DNA of 63,885 bases, counting the filler, from Octopus bimaculoides (Eukaryota), in the NCBI RefSeq assembly GCF_001194135.2. It is 4 parts of 4 records of this genome, joined end to end, with 100 filler letters (N's around TTAATTAATTAA, not from the genome) between each part and the next. Parts side by side here need not be neighbours in the genome. Positions count along the whole stretch, not along the records: positions 14,053 to 41,455 come from NC_068983.1; positions 41,556 to 56,491 come from NC_069005.1; 2 more parts are not named here. The stretch is one strand, 5' to 3'. This document shows, piece by piece, positions 35,751 to 49,604 of this stretch. The notes beneath the pieces are model-generated. The model had not been told where the DNA came from. It searched no databases and saw nothing but the letters and a program-made list of their open reading frames with translations. The translations under genes were made by a program, and so were the position numbers. The stretch's first letter is position 1, and every line of letters begins with the position of its first letter.

Positions 35751-38700
35751 CAGAAAGAAAGAAAGAAAAAAAGAACGGAAGGAAGGAAGGAAGGAAGGAA
35801 AAAAGGAAGAAGAGGTCACGTCGTAACGTAAAGGTGATAGATTCGAAGGACCCTTGCCTATCACAAGTGAATGAATATAAGTTTGTGACAATAGGGATTT
35901 GTTAAGCTGAAGTCGCGTTTAAAATTCTGATATTACAAGAGGAAGGTCAGTGGTTTCGGTCAGGAGATTTGTGTGTTGTGTCCACGCATGGACAAGTTCA
36001 TAACAACCTGGTAAAATATTGTTACAGTTGCTACCTACTACAAGTACCGCTACTAAACCTTTTATTACAACTGCTAGTGTGAAAGGCAGTGTTGGTGGTG
36101 GTGGTGGTGGTGTTTTCGCGGATGCAGTGGCGGTGGCGGTGGCGGTGGTTCTAGTTGCACGTGATAAGTCCTAACCACAAGCCAACGAAAATATAATACA
36201 GGGTAATACAAAATAAAATAATATATAACAAAGCAATCACCCCCGACACACACACACATCGCTTCTGGTTATCCAATCAGTAGAAGGTCTGAATATATCT
36301 GCAGACATGACGATGTAGGCAGTTTTATCGAGTTGGCATTGTGCCGATGCGTCCTAATTAAAACCGAGAATGAATTGCATATAAACGCAACAAATAATCG
36401 GCAAGGTGTGACTGCTGGCATAGAGGACGGGAGGACCGACGCGAACTGTCCAGCTTTGAAAGTCGAAGGCAGAAAGGAATATATTTGTCTCCTGATAGAA
36501 ACCTCGATTCTTCAGCCCAAAATGGAAATAAATGTTCGGGGTTAGGAACGAAGAGGGATCGGGTAATATAAAAACGAAAGATTCAGGTGAAAAGAGTAAA
36601 ATTATAATAATAGGTAAAAATTACATCATCACCTTTTTTGCCGTCGTCGTCATCATCATCATCATCATCACCATCCTCGTCGTTTCCATCATCACCATCC
36701 TCGTTGTCGCCGTCATCATCATCATCATCATCCTCTCCATCGTCATCACCATCATTATTGCGTGTCATCTGCTTTCAACTGGTTGAATATCAACGATCTC
36801 CATTCGTACACATTCACCATATGAGAGTTTAGTCACGTCGTCCTTGTTGTTATCAAACCGGTTTGCTCTTGATCTTCCCCCCACTTCCGGCCTTTGCATT
36901 TATCTTTCATTCAGTAATAGTTTTAGTATGACTTGTACTCTTACAACCTAAACAAAGTACTTTTGCTTCATTTTTTTTAATAGCTGGGAGTAATCATCAT
37001 TATTGCATTTGCCAGTCGCAGCATTTCTTCCTTAGCTTTACATTTTGTCCAAGATCTTCTTAACATTCTTCTATATGACCACATAAGATACGTCGGGACC
37101 ACTGTCCTTCATTCTTTCCTCAAAATCCTCAGAACAGGTTAAATTAACTCCTCTAACTGCCCATCTCCGCCTACTTTCAACGAAAGACTGAATCTGCCAA
37201 CAAACACAAAGCAAAACATTAAATACCGAGTTAAAAAGCAACAGATCTTCACAAACTGTTGTTGCTGCTTCCGTTTCGTGTTTTTAGAAAAGAAGCCATT
37301 CATTGTTTTGAGATTTTGGTTACTATGGAGAAGGTACCATCTATAATTCGATATGCCAGCAGAATAAGCTCTTAGCTTGAGTAAGATGGCTTACAAAAAA
37401 TTATCAGTTTTTGTAATAATATTTCACAAAAATTATCGCACAAATCCTGACAGAAGACAATTCGAACTCATAATACGAGACATTACACTATAATGTGATC
37501 AAATCGAATGACATCAGTTTGACATTTGCTTGCTGTTGTTGTTTAGCCTTATCGAGTAAATGTATAGACATAGGTGTAAAAACCATGCTTACGCCGTGTT
37601 TTTCAAGATGCAGTCAGGGTTGTTGATGGCATTATCTTTAGAGAACTGGACAAAATTCCTTGCTGTATTTTTTCTAGGCCTTTCCTATCCACTTTAACTT
37701 CAGTATTGAGCTAACTTTAAATTTCAACCTTCCACAGATCATTAAAATTACCAATGCTAATCAAACTGGGATTAAAAGCATTGTGATCGATCTAATCAAC
37801 TATAAACCAGGAGAGATGGGCCCTAGGGTGACCTGAAATCTTCAACTTTGATCTGGTAATCCCTGCAACCTTCCCAAGCTGTATTGGCCTTAGTTCTACC
37901 ATTTGGACAAACCGTTGTCGAGGAGAGTAGAAACTTGAATATCTCGGTATACGCTAGTCTACCAAACAACATTAACTAGAGGAGTGCCGAAAGGGCAACA
38001 CTCCACCGCCGCTTCCTTCCAATATACCAACACACAGACAGACGGAAGCAGATCCATGGAGTCATCAGATATACAGACGCTAAAACAAAATAGTTTTTTC
38101 AGGATTACATTTTAACAAACTTTGGAAGTGTGAGGGAGATGTGGTAGATATTTCTTGCAGGTTGAGTGACTACGAGTAGGTTCCCTCGTTGTCTCATTAA
38201 TATTTGTTATTTGCAAGAGTTTAAACATTTAATTAGATTACTCGTTATGTTATATTCCTCAGATCCACCGACCATGAGGTCATTTAGTACAAGAGTCATT
38301 GCTGATGGCATTGACAGACGTAACTGCAACCGGAAACCAAGCATGTAATACTCTCAAACGACACAAATTACTTCATTTATTGATGCTCAGGACTCTTCTT
38401 GTGATAGAATATGAAGAAACTTGATAGAATCGTAAAAAGTGGAGAGCAACGGTGTGAAGAATTGTAGTAGAATTTCCTACGATCTCTGGAAGATGCCATT
38501 TTGGCATAATCATGGAAACGAAGAACATTAATCATGGCAATAATTCTGAGATAGTTTTATTGGGAAAATAGAATCGAAACTGAAACTATATTTCTTTGGC
38601 ATCTGATTGGGTAACAACAAAATGATCAATTTAATATCATAAAACTTGACAAAGAAATTAACGTTTCGTATTGTTCTTTTCCTTTTTTATTTTTGTCTCT

Positions 38701-39084
38701 CATATTTCAAAGAAAAAGAGAGTGCAACCGTTGTAAAGTATAAAAGAAGATAAACCAATATAAGAATATATACTAATGGAATATATGCATGTTCTTGGAG
38801 ATTGGAATACGGATATAATTGTAAGTTATTCCCTCGAGACTTATAAAATATTCAGGGCGAAAAATATGGTAAATATTAACGGATTAGATATGTATGCGTG
38901 TATACACGCATATAGCACACGCACGCACGCAAAAACACACACACACAAAGAGGAAGAGACAGACAGAGAGACAGATAGATAGCTAGATAGATAGATAGAT
39001 AGATAGGTATGTAGGTATATAGAAAGATAGATAATGTATGTATGTGTGTGTATATACATACACACACACAAACACACACACATA

Positions 39085-39150
<66 letters not shown>

Positions 39151-39157
39151 TATATGC

Positions 39158-39243
39158 TCAGCCACTTGCACGTTAATTTCACGAGCAGGCTGTTCCGTTG
39201 ATCGGATCAACTGGAACCCTCGACGTCGTAAGCGACGGAGTGC

Positions 39244-39252
<9 letters not shown>
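39158..39252 (+). mobile_element. SINE family C 3' tail inside (TA)n
   Basis: GCTCAGCCACTTGCACGTTAATTTCACGAGCAGGCTGTTCCGTTGATCGGATCAACTGGAACCCTCGACGTCGTAAGCGACGGAGTGCCAACAAC. Confidence 0.85.
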
Positions 39253-39307
<55 letters not shown>

Positions 39308-40316
39308 GTATATATATATAGTATATATATACACGTGAGTATATATATGTATATGTATGTGTGTGTGTGTTATTTCAAGTATATAAATACATCTTAAAGG
39401 GATGTCAGCATCCAAGTTCCCCGGTTTTATTCACTACATCAGTGAAACACTAAAAGATGGATATGGGTATATTACCATCTGTGTATAAGAAAAGGTAGAA
39501 AATGGAGAAATTCATTATGTAGACATCAATTTATTGAACAAATGCAATTTCGAGCAATATCAGACTCATAGAACCTACAATTGTTTCCATGTCTAATTAA
39601 TTCAAATTAGAAAAATTATATTAAAAATCATATTGAATATTGTTAATTGAACATTTCGTAAGGGTCCGAACTTGATAGAAATAGGAACTACATCCCAATG
39701 TGTTGATATGCCATTGGTAAACTCAGCATTAAGTTCAAGTGTGTGCTCTTGTGCATTTTAAGGTATTAAAAAAAACCCGTTACCTGCGTATATGCAACTA
39801 TGTTTTAAGTTATTTGTGCGCGTGCGTGTTTTAATGTGTTGGAAAACGGAGGTGTTAGGTTGCCTAAACGATGTTTTGGTACAGTTAATTGTAATTAAAC
39901 ACATTTATTCCTAATTTTCATTATTACATGTGAGAGTACAAAATGTCAGCAAATTTTTATTAATCACTTAAGAATTATCTTGTAAGTCACCTAGTTATAA
40001 ACTCTAGTATTAGTAATTAAATACTATATTTCTTTTATATAATTTAAAACATAAATCATAGTTGTTTTAACTATGTACCTTCATTTCATAGAAGAAAGAC
40101 ATCAAAAAGATCCTGTCCTCCTCCTTCAGACGCAGAATGTCATCTGTTAGAAGAGATGACGGCGTTATTTCCGAACACTTTGAGCAAATCACATACCGGA
40201 TCCCTCGTTGCACTCGCTCGTTGGACTACAGACCAGCATTTTATCTTACATATCATCTATTTATAGAAATAACAGAGAAATATACTTCACAGAGCACGAG
40301 ATTACGGTGCGTTTGG

Positions 40317-40363
<47 letters not shown>

Positions 40364-40773
40364 NNNNNNNNNNCTTTCTCTCTGTGTGCCTATCTTTCTC
40401 TCTTTCTCTCTCTCTCTCTCTTCAAATTTATGTGTGTGAGAGTATATATACATACACACACAGATACAATATATAAATATATATCATATGCGCGCACGCA
40501 AACACGTATGTGTGTGTGTGTATATGTGTGCGTGCGTGTGAGTGTGTGTGTGGGTGTATTTGTGTGTGTGTGTATATGTGTGNNNNNNNNNNNNNNNNNN
40601 NNNNNNNNNNNNNNNNNNNNNNNNNNNNNNNNNNNNNNNNNNNNNNNNNNNNNNNNNNNNNNNNNNNNNNNNNNNNNNNNNNNNNNNNNNNNNNNNNNNN
40701 NNNNNNNNNNNNNNNNNNNNNNNNNNNNNNNNNNNNNNNNNNNNNNNNNNNNNNNNNNNNNNNNNNNNNNNNN

Positions 40774-40830
<57 letters not shown>

Positions 40831-41314
40831 AGGGATTATGTTGTGTGTAATCCCAGGCGTGGGAGGGCGCTAGTAGAGTATGCACGCATGCATGCGATAT
40901 CTGTGTGTGCGTATGTATGTGTGATTGTGTGTGTGTGTGCCTACGTGAGTGTGTGAGACTGTATGCACATGTAGAGGTGTGTGTGTGTGTGTGTGTGAGT
41001 GTGTGTGTGTGTGTGAGTGAGTGAGTGTGTTTAACTAAACTACAACTAAACGCTCTGAACTTAATCAGGTGTCACACTAATCCAATGACAAGCAGATCAA
41101 AAGCAAAACTTCAGTTTAAAATACATCGGATTGTGTTAACACGTACAGACAGACACGCTCATATATATATATGCATATACATATACACATACACACGCTC
41201 GCTAAATATGCACATGCACATACACACACACACATACCCATGCGCTCAAATTATACAGATGCATACAGGCTTACAGACCCTGACACACACACACATACAT
41301 ATGAATGTATGTGC

Positions 41315-41359
<45 letters not shown>

Positions 41360-41455
41360 TGTATCTAAATATATGCACACATATAGACAAATAAATAAGT
41401 AAATAGATACATTTCTTTTATTAGCCACACAGGGCTCAACGAAGATGGGACAAAT

Positions 41456-41555
41456 NNNNNNNNNNNNNNNNNNNNNNNNNNNNNNNNNNNNNNNNNNNNT
41501 TAATTAATTAANNNNNNNNNNNNNNNNNNNNNNNNNNNNNNNNNNNNNNNNNNNN
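41456..41555. other. artificial 100-bp scaffold join
   Basis: 44 N + TTAATTAATTAA + 44 N. Confidence 0.95.
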
Positions 41556-41626
41556 AAAACGTTACAACTGAGATTTGGCTTCTGATTATATGGAAAGTAA
41601 TTTTCTGAGCGCTATAATCAATGAAG

Positions 41627-41661
<35 letters not shown>

Positions 41662-41666
41662 AGTGT

Positions 41667-41698
<32 letters not shown>

Positions 41699-41987
41699 AT
41701 TCATGAGTGCACGCGCACCCGCATACGTAGGTATATGAACAATCACACTCTCGCTTAAGTGCACGGACATAGTCACACGCATGCTCGCACGCACGCTCGC
41801 GCGCACGCACACGCATGCTTACTCAATAATATATATACCTTTATAGAAGCGAATAGACACAAGCACATAACTGTGGGTATGTATTTCTGTGTATATACAG
41901 GTATATCATAGGCATATGTATGCTTACACACACACATATACACACACACGTGTGTATATATATGTATAGATGTAGATTCTCATATGC

Positions 41988-42034
<47 letters not shown>

Positions 42035-42117
42035 NNNNNNNNNNATATATACACACATATATATATACATATATATATACACGTGCATATATATACATAT
42101 ACATACATTTTCATATG

Positions 42118-42151
<34 letters not shown>

Positions 42152-42360
42152 AGTGAGTGTCTGTGTGTGTATATACATACATACATACATGCATACGTAC
42201 ATACATACATACATGCATACGTACATACATACATGCATATAAACACAAATCTCTGTTACATAAGAAAAGCGTGGAAGTCTCGAAACTCAATGAAATTAGC
42301 AAAATGAAGCGACAAATGAAGAAAGAAAGAAAGAAAGATAGAAAGAAATAGAGAAAAGCA

Positions 42361-42398
<38 letters not shown>

Positions 42399-42892
42399 AA
42401 ATAGAAGCAAAGGAATAAAAACAAAAAAGAAAAGATGGTTTAGAAGAAAAAAAAGCCATCAAGACAAAAGAAGTAAAACAATAAAATAAAACAAAACGAT
42501 TGAAAGGTAAAAGAAAAACTTATTAAAGATGGTGACAAGTATTTTATCACAACTGAATGTTTAGTGTAGCGGAAAATAGCATTTTATGTGTGGGATGTTT
42601 TCTCTATAATGTTGATGTCGTTGCTGCTGCTTTCTCGTTTCATGTTATTTCGTCCGACCCAGTGAAGACCCATCTAGCTACCCGATGCTGGCCATGCCTT
42701 GTGAGCGCACAAATTGTTAGTTCAGACCAGTCTGGGTACGGAGCTAGTCTCTCGCAGCGTGAGCTGGAAATGCAGACGGTTAAACCGTCAGATTTAGGGG
42801 ATTTCACTTTCCAGAAACACCTTTACCCTGTTAATCAGTAAATTCCAAGACCAAATCTTGACGGCTGCTGGATTGCTTCTTGAGGAACACAG

Positions 42893-43060
42893 CTCTGCAT
42901 ACCACTAACCAGTTTACCTGCTCTGCATACCATTAACAAGTTTACCTGCTCTGCATACCATTAACAAGTTTACCTGCTCTGCATACCATTAACCAATTTA
43001 CCTGCTCTGCATACCATTAACCACTTTACCTGCTCTGCATAACAATAACCAGGTTACCTG
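42893..43060. repeat. 28-bp minisatellite, 6 copies
   Basis: Unit CTCTGCATACCATTAACAAGTTTACCTG, contiguous, variation concentrated mid-unit. Confidence 0.96.
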
Positions 43061-43064
43061 CATT

Positions 43065-43450
43065 TTTTTACTTGTTTCATTCGTTAGATTGCGGCCATGC
43101 TGGGGCGTCGCTTTGACGAATTTTTAGTCGAGAGTATCGATCCTAGTACTTACTTATTAAAGCCTGGTAACTATTCTCTCCGTCTCTTTTGCCGAATCGC
43201 TAAGATACGAGGACATAAACACACCAAGTCCGGTTGTCAAGCAGTGGTGGAACACACAAACACACACATATATATATATATGTATATATACGTATATACT
43301 ATGGGCTTCTTTCAGTTTCCGTTTACCAACAAATCCACTCACAAGACTTTGGTCGGCCCACGGCTATAGTAGAAAACACTTTCCTAAGGTGCCACACCGT
43401 GGGACTGAACTCAGAACCATGTGGTTGGTAAGCAAACTTCTTAACGCACA
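43065..43450 (-). mobile_element. full SINE family B
   Basis: TTACTTGTTTCA..GCGGCCATGCTG (3' end) through GAACCATGTGGTTGGTAAGCAA (5' end). Confidence 0.9.
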
Positions 43451-43989
43451 GTCGAGTCTGCGCCAGTGAATTCATGAAGAATATTCCAATGTTGCAAACC
43501 GTTCTAATGTCTTTAATCATCCACCTGTTATTAACACCAAGAAAAAAACATTGAGTACGCTAACATGCTGACATAAAAACGTTCAGAAATGCCAAGAGCA
43601 CGAGGGTGTATACATCGAATATTACATGAACTCGGGCTAATTACAGCTTTTCGTAACACATATTTATAACAGTTTATATTTCATATTCAATGTTTGGATG
43701 CACAGATCTACTCTAGTCACTGCAGTTTCTACACGTTACAAGAATAATTTATTTCTAAGGTTGTTCACCTCCAGGCATTCAGTTTTCTTCTCATTTTTCA
43801 AATAATTTTCAGAGTTTCAAAAATGAAAGATACTGTACTCCGTTCAAATTAAGGAAATACGTTTTGATAGTTACTTAATTGCTTGTTCTTATGTATTAGG
43901 CTTTAATTAGATATATGTCATTTATCCAATTAGATAATAATAATAATGATAATAATAATAATAATAATGATAACGAAAAATATATACTG

Positions 43990-44395
43990 GTTCCAAGTTT
44001 TTGTATAAGACAAGTAATTTTCGGGGTGGGAGTGAGTCGATTAGAACGACCCTAGTGCTCCACCGAAACTCATATCCACCTAGAAAGGATGAAAGGCAAA
44101 AATCGACCTCGGCGGGATTTGAACACAGAACGTAAAGACAGACGGAATGCATCCAAGCATTTTGCCCGGTGTACTAAAGATTCTGCCGACTGGCTGCTTT
44201 AGTTTCAAATTTTGGCATAAGGCCAGAAATTTCCGGGGAGTGGTTAAGTGGATTACAATGACCCCATGCTAAATTGCTACTTATCTTAGCGACCTCGAAA
44301 GGATGAAAGGCAAAGTAGACCTCAGTATAATTTGAACCCTGATCGTAAAGACGGACGAAATGCCCGGCGCACTAAGATTCTGCCAGCTTGCGGTC
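43990..44395 (-). mobile_element. two tandem SINE family A copies
   Basis: Core GAAAGGATGAAAGGCAAA occurs at about 44083 and 44298. Confidence 0.85.
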
Positions 44396-45014
44396 TTTAA
44401 TGCTAATATATATATTAACTGTGGACACCATCTACCTGCGTAGTATACTGCACTAGACAAGACAAGACTTTCAGAAATACTTTGAAAGCCAGTTTCATTT
44501 TCTAACATGAAAAATAACACTGGGGACAAGGTTTTTGCTGTCTGATGTTGGAGAGATGTTTCCTAGAAATTTTAGGGGGCTGATTTCGAAAATGAAATTC
44601 GCTTTGCACTATCACGTCAAGATTTTTCACAAACTCAAATGTCCATTTTTCGGCATTTCCGGCATTGTCCCCATTTCTAATAATAGATCTGGCTTCATCA
44701 AATGCAGACTTTTTAAAACAGTGAAATCAAAAAATCCAATTTGACGTGCAATTAAATATTTCGTGCAATATATTTCTCAAATAATAAAAAAAATACTGTT
44801 TGGTTTGTGTGGTTTTTCATTTCAGTTTTGCATCTAATGGTAAAATTGACATCTGTTGGCAAAACATGAATTCCTGTTTAACAAAACTCTTGCCTTGATA
44901 GAAACTTTTTGAGAACATTTCTGAACTCAGCACCACCAAATTAGGTAGGACTAAGCGTAAAAAGCAAGAGAACTGAAAAAAAAAAAAAAATTCAGTAAGT
45001 GTTCCTCAGTATTA

Positions 45015-45235
45015 AAATAATCCTTTCCACTATAGGCACAAGGCTTGAAATTCGGAGGGGGGGGGGGAAATAATCGATTACATCGACCCCAGTGTTCCTA
45101 TGGTACTTAATTTATCGACCCCGACAGAACGAAAGGCAAAAGTCGACCAAAATTTGAACTCAGAATGTCAAGACGGACGAAACGCCGCTAAGCATTTCGC
45201 CCAGCTCGCTAACGACTCTGCCAACTCGCCGCCTT
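45015..45235 (-). mobile_element. SINE family A copy
   Basis: AATCCTTTCCACTATAGGCACAAGG..GGTACTTAATTTATCGACCCCG..CTGCCAACTCGCCGCC. Confidence 0.9.
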
Positions 45236-45584
45236 AGTGTTAATGAAATAATAAAAGCAACTGACCAGCTCTATTACTTACTGACGAACAATACATTTGT
45301 GTTTATTCAGAGAATAAGCTGTAGAAAAAGAGCTTCATGTGATAACTGATTGTAGTTTTGAAATCAGCCAATTTTAGTCTAAACCAAGTGAAAAAGCAAA
45401 CTCAACAGAAATCATGTTCAAAATTGTTCCCCTGTGTAACGATTCAAAAATAAGTGCGGTAATGTTCAACAGAACGGCAAATCTATTTAGTAAGAGCACT
45501 GCAGTCCAACCTACACGACAACGGTTATTAAGTTTGCACGCGCGTGTGCGTGTATGTGTGTGTGTTTGTGCACACTTGAATGTG

Positions 45585-45893
45585 CGTGGTTTATTGATTA
45601 GGGCATTCAGTTCCCGATATTAAGGTCGTGAGTTCAATTCCCGGCAGCACGCTTTATCCTTGAGAAAGACACTTTATTTTTCACGTTGCTATAGTTCACA
45701 TCTGCATTTCAAAACGCCAGCCTTTTCACTTGGTGTGTCATACTGAATCTCCCTGTGAACAACGTTAACAGTGCGCGTAACTGCGGAGTACTCAGACACT
45801 TGCACGTAAACTCCCTGAGCGGCCTGTTTCTTTAGTCGGGTCAACTGGAACCTTCTTTGGTGTGCCAGGGTGCCAGAGTGCCAATTATATATA
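45585..45893 (+). mobile_element. SINE family C full copy (degenerate)
   Basis: GTGAGTTCAATTCCC B-box, CCTTGAGAAAGACACTTTATT, tail TCAACTGGAACC..GAGTGCCAA. Confidence 0.8.
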
Positions 45894-46195
45894 CATTCAT
45901 ACATACGAAAAATATTAACTGAAGGCCAACTTACTATGTCTAAGCGGAGTATAACGTTTCTAATATCTTGGGAGTGTCTCTATACCAATAATCAATACAC
46001 ATACCGGTTCGAATTTGCTTTATTATTATTATTCGCCGATTGGTAAAGGCCGTGAGCTGGCTGAATTGACTAGAGTCACACAAAACTAAATGTTTTACTT
46101 AAAAGCAAAAACGCATCGCCCAGTTCAGGGAATCGAAACCGCAATCTTACGATCATGAGTGCCACACTCTAACCTCTAACTCATGCGTCTCTATG

Positions 46196-46245
<50 letters not shown>

Positions 46246-46608
46246 ATGCTTGTATAGATAGATAGATAGACAGAGAGAGAGACACAGAGAGAGAGAGAGA
46301 GACAGAGATAAATAGATAGATAGATAGATAGATAGATAGACACAGAGAGAGACAGATAGATAGATAGATAGACAGACAGATAGATAGATAATCATATTTT
46401 TGCTTGTAACAGACGTCAATGACCGATTTTGCACTTTGTGATTTGTAGAAAAAGACAGAAACTTATATAACCTCAATTGAAGCTTATATAATGACTACAT
46501 TGAATGTTTTAAATTGTCTGTCGTCCTTGTCAGCATACAGAACAATAATGAAACCTTTTAAAGCTTCTGTTTCAATAACTGTTGTGATATTACACACATA
46601 GGTATTGT

Positions 46609-47188
46609 ATTGGTGCAAGCTATTTTACATGGCTTTCAATATCTCGGCGTTTAATTTTCTATGGAACAGCCGAATCTGAAGCTTATTTTCTGTTGTAGAA
46701 ACATGTTTGCATAAACTTTAGACTGTCGTCAGTTGGAAGTTCTAATCTGATAGTGTGACAAACTTATCCCTGCACTTTGAATGTGGAGCTAAATGCTGGA
46801 GTTCTGATTCTTCTGCAACCCAGGGAAACCAAAGCCAGTGATTTTTATTGGAACGTATATTTTCCAGGAAACTGCTAGATGCATTTCAGAAGTTGAGAAT
46901 TTTTTAGGAGAGGCACTTATAACTCTAGGTTATTGTAATTTTTAGGACATTATTCCTATACATTTAATAAATTCATATAACAATGCGCTGGCATTGGTTT
47001 CACTGAGTTGCAGAAGAATCAGAGCCCCAGGATTTAGCCCTATGTTCAACGTACACGAATAAGTTTGTCATAGCATCGGATTAAAAGTTCCAACCTATAC
47101 GACAATAGAAAATGAATTTCAGAATCGGCTGCGCCGTAAAAATTAAATGCCGAGATATTGAAAGCTACGTAAAATCGCTTGCACCAAT
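46609..47188. mobile_element. foldback MITE with long TIRs (arms 46609-46840 and 46986-47188)
   Basis: Arms are reverse complements (ATTGGTGCAAGC..CTTTCAATATCTCGGC..TGACAAACTTAT..CTGATTCTTCTGCAAC); left arm has an extra roughly 30 bp; 145-bp AT-rich spacer. Confidence 0.9.
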
Positions 47189-47289
47189 CAACTTTATTAT
47201 TCTAGATTGAAGGAGACGGCTGTGCCAGCAATTTGAACACACCCTACTAAAAATTGCTTGTCACAGCTGACTAGTTAACAGAATGTATT

Positions 47290-48399
47290 CAGAATGCGAA
47301 GACAATTCGGAAGATAGCAATATAATGAAGTTTTGTAGTAATCTTGGGGTCGAAATGTGCAGAAACTTATAAAATACCCCAGATCGCTTACGAATTATCT
47401 TGTATGAGCCGCGCATCTGTTATTCGCTGTCACAAGAGGTTCAAAGACAACAGAGAGGAGATGAGAGATGATGAGAGGGACGGGGTAGAGAGGGACGGTA
47501 AAACATTAGAACTGGTCGACAAAATTTGCAATTTTCTGGAGGAAGTGTGTGTTCATAAAAACAATACGCACGCAGTTTGGAGTTGGTATGGCAACCGTCC
47601 TCCGAATTTATTTATGAAGAACGGAACATACACAAAATTTGTGCAAAGTTTGTTCGCAGGGTGCTCAGTGACAAACAGAAGGAAAGTTACGTTTCTGATA
47701 GCAGGAGAAGGGTTTAGCTCATTACCTCTAATCCAAGAGTATTCCAGCCACTGGTGAACGGAGACGAAAGCTGAATCTAATGATCCACAGACCAAGAGAC
47801 ATAGTGCCAAACAGAGGTACCCCTAATTCCCCCAGTGCCAAGTAGGCCGGATAAAGAAAGTCCACCGGAAAGTTCGTGATGGTCACCTTTTTTAATAGCT
47901 GGGGCATCATTTAAAGCCATTGGGTTCAACTTTGGCTAGGTGGAAAATAAAGAGTACTTTGAGGGAATTTGGGAAGAGATTACGTTGCAAAAGGCGTAAG
48001 CTCTTCTACTTAGGTAGCACCTGCACAAGGACAATGCACCAGTCCACATTTTCATTCTGGTAAATTCCCTCCTACTAAATAGAGATGGGCATCAAAACGA
48101 TACCTCACCTTCCCTACTGTCCAGACCTTGCTCCCTTTGATTTTCAGTTGTCCCCCAATCTGAAGTAGAACCTCAGAAGTAGTTGTTTTGAAGACATTGA
48201 GAAGACGGAGTATGTGACAAGAGTCTTGGACTCCTTCACATCGGAGGACTCTTATAGAATCTTCACGAGGTGGCTGGAACACTACAGCAAATGCATTGAA
48301 GTCAGAGGATCCTACTTTTAAAGAAATTAGAGTTTTGTACGTCCTTAAACTTAATAATTGTCTTTCCTGAAAATGTCTCAAAATTTCTGGGATACACCT
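47290..48399 (+). pseudogene. decayed mariner transposon (irritans-like)
   Basis: KCAETY..MSRASVIRCHKRFKD..GDES..HKDNAPVH..PHLPYCPDLAPFDF..KCIEVRGSYF, heavily frameshifted; 3' TIR-like end at 48375-48399. Confidence 0.85.
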
Positions 48400-48699
48400 G
48401 CTATTTTCTGTATGAGCAACATCAAAGAACCTAAGAATATTTGCTGGAAGATGGTACAATTTGTCCAGTTTTAGCTTTAACTCAAAGAGATTTCGATTCA
48501 GCAGACTATCTGCATGTTTTGCCGTGTTATCTGTTAGCAAACATTGAAGAAAATATAACAAAACAGGGAAGATTATTTACACGATATTCAGTTACAGCAT
48601 CATACGATCGTTTCGTTTATAAAACATGATGATCATCAGTTACATAACATAACTAATGATTAAATACTCTCACTAAACGTAAAGACGTTGTAACTCGCC

Positions 48700-49060
48700 T
48701 AGAGTCATGAATGTTAAGTAATGCGAATATAAGCGGCCAAATGGGGTATATCCGGAAGATCTCTGCAATAAAGTTATTCCACTCGGTGCGTACTGGGAAA
48801 CTCTCCAAGTCGAACCACTACTTCCCCGCATTGAGAGATCACAACTGCGATACTACAGACGTGCGATTAGAATGCCACAGGAAAGAATCACAAACGGGTT
48901 TTACAAACTGATCCAGCCGGCAGGAAACTTAGAGCTAAACCAAAGCAAGATGATTGGATCGTATCCAAATTCTCAGTTCGTCTTGCTTGAGGATCCATCT
49001 GGAAAGTCTAATGATGATTACTTTTGATAGAACCCTATGGAGAAGATAGGACCCTGATAA
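48700..49060 (+). mobile_element. RTE-clade LINE 3' fragment
   Basis: MGYIRKI..ETLQVEPLLPRIERSQLRYYRRAIRMPQER matches the RTE VEPLLLRIERSQLRW..RMP.ER region. Confidence 0.78.
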
Positions 49061-49541
49061 AAAAAAACTTATGACGACTCTACCACTACGACTATCACGG
49101 GAATAGTGGGCGAAGAACATGAATGGTTGAATGGCCAGTCAAAGTGCACATGGCCGAAAGACAGGGTCATTATTTATATAGTTTATCTTTATCCTCTCTC
49201 TCTCTCACTCACTCTCTTTCTCACACTCTCTCAGAAATAGAGAGAGAGAGAGAGAGAGACTGAATTTGCCTCGCTGTAATTCTTCTCCTGTTCTATTGCC
49301 ATTGTAGTATTTCATTCGTGGTCACTAATCGACCATTAGTAGGAACATTTACTACAATGCAAAATTTATACAAAGCAGAAACCAATACATTTTTCAGGAA
49401 CAATAAAATGCTATTCTTTACAGATATATCCGAAGCATTTTTGTTATTCATTTTTTAGTCTTCTTCACTGTTATTTTGTAGATGCTAATGGATACTTTTC
49501 TAAGAGAGTAACGTAGCTTTTTTTATCGTGGTTTATCATTG

Positions 49542-49604
<63 letters not shown>

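Noticed and set aside
37068-37192. Minus acceptor with 40 open codons (IQSFVESRRRWAVRG..)
   Set aside because: No good donor, ends in a stop, not phase-compatible with exon B.
38263-38319. 57-nt plus-strand exon candidate DPPTMRSFSTRVIADGIDR
   Set aside because: Weak donor (AC|GTAACT) and no partner exons on plus.
42893-43060. CRISPR-like 28-bp repeats
   Set aside because: Units are contiguous with no unique spacers; eukaryotic context; no cas genes.
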